DNA of 64,000 bases, taken from assembly GCF_006345805.1 (NCBI RefSeq), contig NC_043003.1, forward strand, positions 35,216,001 through 35,280,000, in the 5' to 3' direction. The notes beneath the pieces were generated by a model that saw only the letters and a list, made by a program, of their open reading frames with translations, had not been told where the DNA came from and ran no database searches. How positions within the stretch are numbered: position 1 is the first letter of the stretch; each line of letters opens with the position of its first letter. This document shows, piece by piece, positions 53,301-64,000 of this stretch. The translations under genes were made by a program, and so were the position numbers. The DNA comes from Octopus sinensis. Taxonomy: Eukaryota.

Positions 53301-54186
53301 CATCATCATCACCATTATTTTTATATATTGAAATAATCAGAGACAGTGCATTGGAAAATAATTGATGTGCCGGAGAAAACGTGAGGAAGCGAACCTGGAT
53401 ATCTATGAAAATATAGCAGCTACAGTTTCGTTAAACATAACCACTCTGTGGTAGTGATAACTAAGGCTACGTGGATAACGATAATATTCCTATGTTACTT
53501 CCTTAAAAAGAAAGGAAAGAAACAAAAAAATCATGCTAGAATGTATTTGATCATAAGACTACTCGATTGGGGTTGGACTATGATCATGGAGTAATAGAAA
53601 CAACAATTTGCTCTGTATAGTTATATCTCTTAACTTCCTATTACCACTGAAATTCTACTTTTCCTTTCACTCTTCCGGAGTCGAAATGTCCCACTCAACA
53701 TTATGCTGTGAACGTTAGAAATAATTTTATTGTTAATTAAACATTTTTTTTTTTTGTTTGGGTTTTTTTTTTTTTTGCAAAAGAATGGGCAGGAAACTTA
53801 GGCAAAAGAATGGGCAGGAAACTTAGGCAAAATGCTCTCCGTTATTTAAGTTCTTTCACGTCTCGCCCATTCATTCTGATTTTTTAAAAAAAATCATTTA
53901 CATACAGCTGTATACTGCGGTGGATTAAATGAACTGTTTTCTTTCCAAAATTTGATTTCAGTGAGAAGATGCTAAAAATTATTATAGTTTTCTTTTGAAA
54001 CACGTAGGTAGAATGGCTGCACGGCAGAGAATCGTGCAGCATTCATTTTCGTTTCTTTTTTTTTTTTTTTTTTCTGTTATGAGTTCAAGTCTTTACTGGC
54101 TCTTCTAAATCCTCATCTTTCCAAGGTTAGATAAAACAAAGTACCACTTGGAATCATTATCATTATTATTGTTATTGTTGTTGTTG

Positions 54187-54346
54187 TATTTCACCCGACG
54201 CTACGTTCTGAGTTCAAATTCCGCCGTGGTCGATTTTGCCTTTCATCCTTTCGGGGTCGATATGATAAGTACCAGTTGAACACTGGGATCGATGAAATCG
54301 ACTCATCCCCTCTCCCTCAAGCTGCCCTTGTGGCAAAAATTTGAAA
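54187..54346 (+). mobile_element. SINE family B copy (5' truncated), within a cluster of older B-like copies at 54010-54740
   Basis: gttctgagttcaaattccgccgtggtcgattttgcctttcatcctttcggggtcgat..taagtaccagttgaacactggg. Confidence 0.85.
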
Positions 54347-55277
54347 TAATAATAATTATTATTACTAACTTTAAAGTAGTGGCTTGGCAGATCTGTCAGA
54401 GCGTCGGATGCACTTGTATGTGGTATTCAGTAATGACCCTCACGTTCTAATGTCAAATCATGCCAGAGCTGGCATTGATTTTTCTATCTTTTTTTCCCCC
54501 ATCCTTCAGGATTATTTAAGAAAAAAAAGTAAGAGTTAGCCACTGTGCTCGATTTAATCGATCCTTCCCCTCTCTGGCTATTTGCTTAATCATCGTCATT
54601 AAGGTGGTTATACAGCAGAATCAATAGCAATATCGAACAAAAATGCTGTATAATAATCAGTTATGTCCCTTCGCATTTTGCGTTCGAATCCTACATGGAA
54701 TAAACTTCTCCATTCATCCTTACTAAGTCTCTAAAGATAGTCCTAATGAAGTACTAAATATAATTTAATCTACTTAAAAAGAAATAATAATAATAATTAA
54801 ACCGGTACCACTATTTTCATGATATACTTGCTCCTATGCGTTCTTTGCTGGAATGGTAAAAAGTGAAAAATAAGCAACACCCATATATGTTTTTTCGTCT
54901 TCACACCCGCATTTCAGTGGAAACACGCAGACAAGCCAGTAGTGTCACTCGAAGATGGTCCACTTACTACACTGAATTTACCAACCAGTTCTTTCTCTTT
55001 TTCACACCATCTCTGTCCCACCTGACTATAATCTCTTTGATTATCTATCCATTCTCTGTATACTTCTCTTTCTCAGTTTCTTTGTCCATGTTTTGTCTGG
55101 TTACTCAGGTTTGCCTATCTCTCTGCCTTGCTCAGTCCGTTGCTTTGTATATTCTTCTCCCTCAGTTTGTTTCCTTTCATTTTCCTTGTGCCTTAACCTC
55201 CCTCTCTAGTTACCATCTTCTGTTTATACTAACGATCACACAAACACATTTACATGCGCATACTTTCACATTTTCTT

Positions 55278-55308
<31 letters not shown>

Positions 55309-55613
55309 TTCTCCTTTTGCTTCACACATAAAAGCTTTATTCACCTCCACCTCACTCTTTCAAGCATTCTTTCATTCAGTTATTCTAAACTATCCGAGCC
55401 TTTAACGCAAATGCGTAGAAATTATCTCTCTCCTACATCTTTACTTTGTTTTCTATAACTTTCTCTTTTCATCTTTTCCTCATCCATTCTCTGCTTTTCT
55501 TTCACTTAATCTCACTCTTTTTCGTCCAGAGTTAGCAACACACACACACACACACACTCACACATATGCACAGACACACGTACGTACACATAATAGTTAT
55601 ATATTTCAGTAGC

Positions 55614-55658
<45 letters not shown>

Positions 55659-56503
55659 CACTCTCACTCTCATTCCTCATCCCCCTCCATTCTCTCTCTC
55701 TCACTTTCTCAACATCTAAACCATGCACATATTGACAAAAGGAGAATCTCTCATTTTTCCCTATGACACATTCATATTCTTTCCCCTCTCTCTACCACTC
55801 ACTTACTCACGCAAACTCTCTCAAAGACACACGTTCTCTACGACGCTACACGCTTAATCTTTTTTTTTTCTAACTCTCTATCGCAATAAAAACAGAAATG
55901 TAATCTTTATATTTCCTCCTCTGTCTCATACTATCTTCTCCTCTCACTTATCCCCATACCTGACACAATTATCCCCTTGCCTGAGTCCTGCTTATGTTCC
56001 TGACTATATATTTTTCTTATATCTTCTTTTTCTTTCTCAGCGCTTTCACATTCACCCTCTCTCTCCCTATCTAACTTATAACACCTACTTTTATATTTCT
56101 TTCTCTACCCACCACCTTCTGAACACTTTGCTCATTAATCGAAACATTCTCATTCGTCTACGAAACTGGTGAAACTATCCCATTCCCATTACACAAATAG
56201 CGCATTCCTAAGCATGAATTAATATATACTACTTTCTCTGTGGATTACACATTCGCAGATACACACACATACACACACACACATATGCAATTACACATAT
56301 ACATCTGTTATGTGTGTATATCAGCCGAAATTGCGAGGATGATCCGGTTCTTGACTGAAGATTAGAGGCTTCGAATGACCCGTCCGTTTTCTTTTTGTGT
56401 CGTCTATTGGAATGTTTTTGCGTTCTTGTCCCATTTTGTATTTATATATATCTATTTTTTATACACAGACCCACACCCACAACACAACACACACACACCA
56501 CAC

Positions 56504-56541
<38 letters not shown>

Positions 56542-56552
56542 CCATATCTATA

Positions 56553-56602
<50 letters not shown>

Positions 56603-56949
56603 TATATATTTATATTATATATATATATATATACACCACATATAGACATAACGACGAGAAGAGCATGTCTATGTCCTGTGAGTGAATTTCCCCGTCCGTT
56701 CCTTTGTCGTGTTTCTGTTCAATTCTTGAAACTTAGATATATGTAAAGGCGACGCACCATCATTGCATATGCAACATTAACTAATCAGTATAAGCACTTA
56801 AGAACTAATATACATCAATCTATATCCACATATCTATTTTCTTGTGTGTGTGTACATATATATATATATAATATATATACGGAAAGACTACTAGGTGAAA
56901 TTTGTTCATTTTTAGAATTAATTATATTTCATCCTATATCTGTAATGAC

Positions 56950-57004
<55 letters not shown>

Positions 57005-57260
57005 ATATATATATGCACACACACATACTCAGATTGTGTGCGCATTTGTGTGTATGTGTGATGTGTGGTGTGTTGTGTGTGTGTATGCCTCTATCTGTGT
57101 GTCTGTGTGTCTGTGTCTGTGTACGTGTGTGTTTGAGAGAGAGAGAGTGTATGGTAATTTGGTCTTCTTTGTTTTAACCACGATTAACTATATACATATG
57201 TATGTGTGTATGCGTGCGTGCGTGTGTGTGTGTGTGCGCGCGCGTGTGTGTGCGTATGTA

Positions 57261-57489
57261 CTCTTTTACTCTTTACCCTTTTACTTGTTTCAGTCATTTG
57301 ACTGCGGCCATGCTGGAGCACCGCCTTTAATCGAGCAACTCGACCCCGGGACTTATTCTTTTGTAAGCCCAGTACTCATTCTATAGGTCTCTTTTGCCGA
57401 ACCGCTAAGTAACGGGGACATAAACACACCAGCATCGGTTGTCAAGCAATGCTAGAGGGACAAACACAGCAGACACACAAACACACACA

Positions 57490-57521
<32 letters not shown>

Positions 57522-57679
57522 CGACACGGGCTTCTTTCAGTTTCCGTCTACCAAATCCACTCACAAGGCTTTGGTCGGCCCGAGGCTATAGTAGACGACA
57601 CATGACCAAGGTGCCACGCAGTGGGACTGAACCCGGAACCATGTGGTTGGTAAACAAGCTACTTACCACACAGCCACAT
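57261..57679 (-). mobile_element. SINE family A, near full-length young copy
   Basis: Reverse complement aligns end to end with 23240-23662, including the internal (TA)n/(CA)n. Confidence 0.92.
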
Positions 57680-57954
57680 AATATATATGTATGCAGAAAT
57701 ATATTACATATATCATAGAAATCTGCCAGGAACTTCTCTGCACACACGCAAACGTAACGCTACACTCATTATACAGCAGGACACATTGTGATGTACGTGC
57801 ACATATAAGTGTATATAAGAACAAGCGAAAATAATTCAACACATCGGGATACATTTTCTGTAAATACGTATATGTGCACATAGATCGCATGCAAGTACAC
57901 ACGTAAAATATAGGCACCAATATTCATACACACAGGCATACACAAGCGCGCACA

Positions 57955-58014
<60 letters not shown>

Positions 58015-58163
58015 GAAGTACAAATGTATACACGTTCGCATATACTCAAAACCCATACACACGTATGTAAGACCTATTTAAAACTTAAATATCTTTTATG
58101 GTCATAAAAATCGACGGCTATTGACTCTTAAAGGATTCAATACAGATGCAAAAACTATATAAA

Positions 58164-58350
58164 GGGCGACCGGAACGCGCTGGACGAGATGCTTGGCGGT
58201 ATTTCACCCGTCGCTATGTTCTGAGTTCAAATTCCGCCGAGGTCGACTTTGGCTTTCATGAAATAAGTACCAGCTAAACACTCGGGTCGATGTAATCGAC
58301 TATGCCCCTGCCCCAAATTTCAGGCCATGCGCCTATAATAGAAAAGGAGT

Positions 58351-58402
<52 letters not shown>

Positions 58403-58937
58403 ATATTATTATTATTATTATTATTATCATTATTATTATTATTATATTATTATTATTATTGTTATTATTATTGTTATTGTTATTATTACTAGGCGGCGAG
58501 CTGGCAGAATTGGCAGCACACCGGGCAAATTGCTTAGCTGTATTCCGTCCTTCTTTACGTTCAGCGTTCAAATTCCGCTGGGTTTGACATTGCCAGTTTT
58601 CCTTTCGAGGTCGATGACATAGGTAGAATTTGAGCCCTGAGGTTGATATAATCAACTAAACATGTCCCCAAAAGATACAGGCCTTTTACTTTTTACCTAT
58701 AGTAGGAAGTATTATTATTATCATCAAGGCGTAACCTGGCGGAATCGATAGCAGGCTGGACCAAATACTTAGCGGCATTTCGTCCGTCTTTATGTTCTGA
58801 CTTGAAATTCTACTGAGGTCAACTTTGCCCTTTAACTCATTTGGGTCGGTGAAATGAGTACTAGTCGAGGATTGGGGACGATTTAATCGACTATCCCACT
58901 CCTCGAACTTAATGGCCTTGTGCTAAAATTTGAAACC
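58164..58937 (+). mobile_element. Three tandem SINE family B copies (58164-58350, 58492-58709, 58728-58937) separated by (CAT)n/(TAT)n tails
   Basis: Each has ggcggcgagctggcagaat-type or ggcggtatttc head remnants, a gagttcaaattcc B-box and the tcgatNtaatcgac core. Confidence 0.85.
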
Positions 58938-58940
58938 TTC

Positions 58941-58950
58941 ATTATTATTA

Positions 58951-58986
<36 letters not shown>

Positions 58987-59032
58987 TATTATTATTATTA
59001 TATTATTATTATTATTATCATTATTATTATAC

Positions 59033-59069
<37 letters not shown>

Positions 59070-59222
59070 TTATTATTATTACTTATTATTATTATTATTA
59101 TTATTATTTATTATTATTATTTATCATATTATTATTACTATTATTTCATTATTATTATTACTATTATTATTATTATTATTATTTTATTATTATTATTTAT
59201 TATTATCATTATATTATTACTA

Positions 59223-59263
<41 letters not shown>

Positions 59264-59400
59264 TTATTATTATTATTACTATTATTATCATATTATTATT
59301 ATTATTAGTATTATTATTGTTTGTTTGTTGTTGTTGTTTGTTGTTGTTGTTATTGTTGTTGTTGTTGTTGTTGCTGCTGTCGTTGGCGTTGTTGTTACGA
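58941..59400. repeat. Long degenerate (TTA)n/(TTG)n array
   Basis: Direct reading; source of the 163-aa and 195-aa low-complexity ORFs. Confidence 0.95.
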
Positions 59401-59935
59401 TATACATATAGGCATTTGTACATAAACATATATATGTATATAATATACATATGTACACACACACGTATATGCGTGTGTGTGTGTCATTTCAAGATTTCTG
59501 GCCAATGTATGTATTAAAAGTGATATTTAATCAATAAAACTTTATCAAAATCATTTACTGCCTCTTACTGACCATAATATTGCACACGCACACTCTCTCC
59601 CTCTCTCACACACACATACACACACAAGCGCACGCGCACACACACATTACCTTCATATATCGACACATAGTTATATGTATGGTTATATGTAATTGTTTAT
59701 ATGCATGTGTATACTGGCGTGTGTTTGGTTGAGAGTGTGTGTATGTTTATTCACCTATGCACCTATTCATTGCAACAGAGCAATCGGGAAACATTACAAC
59801 AAACTTCAAAGTTTACTCATTTGTCTATTTTAGAATCTTATTTCAAGAAAGCACTAGAAAACTACATGGGCTGTATCGTAAGTATTATTTATGTAAGCGC
59901 ATACGCATCGTACTGAGTGCGATATCTGATCGATG

Positions 59936-59997
<62 letters not shown>

Positions 59998-60052
59998 CAG
60001 ACGACAGACAGACAGACAGACACGACAGACAGACAGCAGGCAGCAGACAGAC

Positions 60053-60102
<50 letters not shown>

Positions 60103-60173
60103 CTAATAGATAGATAGATATAGATAGATAGACAACGAGAGATAGAAATGAAATACTCTGTATTTATTCGAAG

Positions 60174-60345
60174 CTTGATACCGTTGTGTCCAATTGGTAG
60201 GAGCATATGGTGTCTACGTATGTGTTTTAATGTCCCAAGTTCAAATCCCATCACTTATTTCATTTTATTCCTTCAGCAGTCTACACTATTGCTACTTTAG
60301 AAGTATTATATATACGTAGCCAAAGCGATGCAATGGATCCCTATA
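60174..60345 (+). repeat. Copy 1 of a 172-bp local direct duplication
   Basis: Four mismatches versus 61856-62027. Confidence 0.93.
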
Positions 60346-60502
60346 GCTGTTGTTAGTTTATTATATTCAACAATTTCTAAGGTATATAAAAAAAAATTGT
60401 AGTTGTCCCTTATATATTTCTGTTAATATAAATGAACAGGATATTACTATTAGAATTTCTAAAATTCTAAAGAAAATCGTTAGATAACATCCTTTCTCAG
60501 CA

Positions 60503-60672
60503 CACGACCCGATCTCTAAGAGGATAGAATCGACCACTTAATTTGGTACTTAATTTGTATACTTCGAAAAGTGAAGTCAAACTCAGCAGAATTTGAAATC
60601 AGAACCTAAATCCGGAAGAAATGCCTCTAAGCAATTCATCCGGTGTGCTAAATTTTCTACCAGCACGGCCCT
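60503..60672 (-). mobile_element. Old SINE family B copy
   Basis: gaatcgacc..tggtactt..gcagaatttgaaatcagaac..ccggtgtgctaa..accagcacggcc. Confidence 0.65.
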
Positions 60673-61075
60673 AGAAAAATGTTTGCTTTGTGCCTAAACT
60701 AGGAGGTGTTGGGGTATTGCAGAATTAACAGAATGCAATAATTATGTTTCAGGTTACAGAACCTTACGAAGTTAACTTTCATTCCTTCAGTTTCAAGCTA
60801 AGTGCCACGCATATATTGGATTTGATTCAGCTTAAGCTTCACTAACACACACACACGCATATACACACTCACGCATACACACACTCACGCATGCATGCAC
60901 ACTAGTACACACACATACACACACACACACATACGCACACACGCTTACGCACGCGTAAATGTATAAACACACAAGATAATCTCCGTGCGTGCGTGTGTAC
61001 ATACAAAGAAATATATGTAACTATATTTGAGTGTGTCTCCACACACACACACATATATATGTTTTTGTATATGTA

Positions 61076-61159
<84 letters not shown>

Positions 61160-61203
61160 CATACATATATATATACAACACACACACACATATATACATA
61201 CAT

Positions 61204-61271
<68 letters not shown>

Positions 61272-61855
61272 GTGTGTGTGCGTGTGTGGTATGTATGTAT
61301 GCATGTAGTATGTACAAGGTCTGTTACTTTCTAAAAGTAGTAATAATCTCTGAGGCCTTTAATGTCCTAAGGTTCTCGTTAACTATATGAAAATCTTATT
61401 TCGATTTCACCTGTATTATTCATTATTCATGATTCATTACTTATGCTAATGTTGTGTGGATGTACTGTCCTAATAGAGATAGTCCCTGACTTTTGACTTT
61501 CAGACTGATTTGCGTTGGGTTATTTATCAAGATAGTTGTTTCTACCTGCGTAAGGCTTACTTCTTGATTTGTCCGTACTGATAATTGATATTCTCATAGA
61601 AGGCCGTAAATTATTCAATAAATTTAAAGGACTGAAGGACTTACAATATCTAGTTACGTCCCTTCACTTTCCGAATTCACATCCCGCCCAAGTCAACTTT
61701 TTCTTTTATAGTTCCAGGGTCAATTAAATAAACACTTGCAAAGAGGAAGGATCAGTTTCATTAAAATAACTTCACTCCCCGAACGACATTATTATGGGAA
61801 TCATCATTCTAATAGAATATATTTTTATATAGTACCATTAATTATTATGTCTGCT

Positions 61856-62027
61856 CTTGATACCGTTGTGTTCAATTGGTAGGAGCATATGGTGTCTACG
61901 TATGTGTTTTAATGTCCCAAGTTCAAATCCCATCACTTATTTCATTTTATTCCTTCAGCAGTCTACACTATTGCTACCTTAGAAGTATTATAGATACGTG
62001 GCCAAAGCGATGCAATGGATCCCTATA
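61856..62027 (+). repeat. Copy 2 of the 172-bp local direct duplication
   Basis: Four mismatches versus 60174-60345. Confidence 0.93.
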
Positions 62028-62369
62028 TATTCAACAACAGGATACATAATGTTGTATTAGGGCCTTCAACAGTGAGGCTCCTTAGCAAATGTCTAAAATA
62101 CCCATGTTTAAACGCTGTTGATTCCTAATATATAAGGAAACATACAAGAAACACGTACGTACAGGTAACACGTTTCTCGAAACCAATTCTTATGAACAGT
62201 ATAACTATTTGTTCTAGCAATAATAAAAGTAACACAAGACATGGTAGTAGCATTAGTAGAAGCAGTAGCCGATGTAGTATTAGTAGTTATTTTTGCAATA
62301 TTGTTGTTCACTTACTACTGATGGTGTTCGGATGTTTAAATTTACGTATGGGTCACAGTACTTGTAACA

Positions 62370-62407
<38 letters not shown>

Positions 62408-62582
62408 CTGGTATGACTGCTATTAATCCATTAGGGTGTTGATTAAATACCAGTAATAAAATATAGCCCAACCAAACATTAAAACCCCTTACAATGTATC
62501 ACGTAAAATATGTAAGTAAAAAGAAAAGTAAATGACTGATAATGAGGAATGTAATGAAGAAATAGATGAATATTAAGAACTA

Positions 62583-62725
62583 AGGGGCTATGGGATGGCA
62601 GAATCAGTACAGCATCCTCCTAGGTTATTTAATTTCATGACCTTACATTCTTGGTTCGATTACCATCGGGCCTTTCATCCTTGTGGGATCGATAAAATAA
62701 GTACCATTCATGTAGTGAGAAGGGG
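62583..62725 (+). mobile_element. Old SINE family B copy
   Basis: tggcagaatcagtacagc head, ggttcgatt B-box, ctttcatccttgtgggatcgataaaataagtacca. Confidence 0.6.
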
Positions 62726-62806
62726 TTGCAATTGACTATGATATGATAAACCAACGCTGGAATATATGAGATTTTTTGCTTTTATTAAAAAAAAATCAAT
62801 ATTAAA

Positions 62807-62916
62807 GAAGAAGAAGAAGAAGAAGAAGAAGAAGAAGAAGAAGAAGAAGAAGAAGAAGAAGAAGAAGAAGAGAAGAAGAAGAAGAAGAAGAAGAAGAAGA
62901 AGAAGAAGAAGAAGAA
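62807..62916. repeat. (GAA)n microsatellite, nearly pure
   Basis: Direct reading. Confidence 0.97.
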
Positions 62917-63013
62917 AAAGAGAGCAGGAAAGAGAGGAATAAGATAATGGCACTAACCTCCAACAACAACAGAAAATTACTTATAATGTAATAGTAAATT
63001 TCTTAAATTGATA

Positions 63014-63058
<45 letters not shown>

Positions 63059-63100
63059 CACATACACACACACTCATATATACGCATGCATTCACATGAA

Positions 63101-63131
<31 letters not shown>

Positions 63132-63302
63132 ATATGTATTCAATTTTGCTTTGAGTTATTATTTATTTATTCATTAAGAATTATTTGAAGATAAGAGGTA
63201 AGAGATAAACAGATAAATGATGTATAAAAATAGACAGATAATACGTGTGTGCGTGCGCGCGTATATATGTATGTATTTATGTTCATATCTATCTACCTAT
63301 CA

Positions 63303-63336
<34 letters not shown>

Positions 63337-64000
63337 TTATCTATCTATCTAGTTTAGGTAGATAGATAGAAGGGGAAAGATAAAGGTAGAGAAATATAGA
63401 ATGTTGTAGAAACATTATTCAGAAACGACAGAGAAAAAAATGAGGTAAGACATATAAGGTGGTGGGAGGGTTTATAGACAAAAAGAAAGGAGGAGAAATA
63501 GAGAGAAGTGAGTAAATAAGAGGAAGAAATAGCAAATCTACAAAGGAAAATGATAGATACCTAAAGAGAGAGAGAGCAAGAAAGAGAGGGGGAGGGGGAA
63601 GCACGAGAGTGGGAGAGAGAGAGGGATGGAAAGAGAACTAGAGATTGAATGACAGAAAGAGGGAGAGAAAGAGTGAGTGAGAGAGAAAACGAGAGAGTAA
63701 AAGTGTGAGTATGAGTAGGAGAGTAAAAAGTATGGTGGGAGGTCCCTGTGTTGAATAATTGACGGGAAGGTGAGGCGAGAATAAATAAATAATAAATAAA
63801 CAAATAAATGCATAAAATGGAAGGAAGCAGACGACAGCGAGGTTCCATGTTATTTTAGTTAGCGCAACCGTCCCAGGATGGTTGATTATCTTCTCACGTT
63901 GACCACAGTACGAAGAAAGATAGAGCAGAACACGGCTAGAAAACAGTAGGGATTGAAAGGCGGTGAATAAGGAAGGAATATTTCATCGCAAAGCGCTCGC

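Noticed and set aside
56340-56390. CTGAAGA..CGAAT..GTC, possible decayed hammerhead
   Set aside because: GAAA is incomplete and there is no stem I pairing; too degenerate to call.
58920-59517. 163-aa and 195-aa ORFs, the longest on the plus strand
   Set aside because: These are translations of a (TTA)n array.
62325-62372. Minus-strand 45-nt exon-like piece YCDPYVNLNIRTPSV (C2-like DPYV)
   Set aside because: Too short, mediocre acceptor, phase incompatible with exon A, and embedded next to simple repeats.

Overview
AT-rich, microsatellite-saturated eukaryotic (animal) genomic DNA with one 100-N scaffold gap (52795-52894). The SINE families, repeat density and composition look to me like an octopus/cephalopod genome; this is recalled from memory, not searched. 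Nearly all ORFs in the supplied track are microsatellite artefacts. Supported content: (1) a short run of candidate spliced exons on the minus strand (44074-43975, 40287-40178, 32564-32493, probable last coding exon near 32226) whose phases join into one open frame weakly resembling the C-terminal tail of a TRPC-type channel; (2) a full-length decayed Tc1 transposon with IR/DR ends, an internally deleted mariner, a Penelope GIY-YIG remnant, two R4/Dong-type RLE LINE remnants flanked by TAA repeats, another RLE fragment, CR1/L2-like remnants and a possible solo LTR; (3) about 20 copies of three tRNA-type SINE families; (4) several minimal type I hammerhead ribozyme motifs of the kind carried by Penelope-like elements. 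The most striking structure is a 657-bp fold-back (15509-16165) carrying one hammerhead motif in each arm in opposite orientation.
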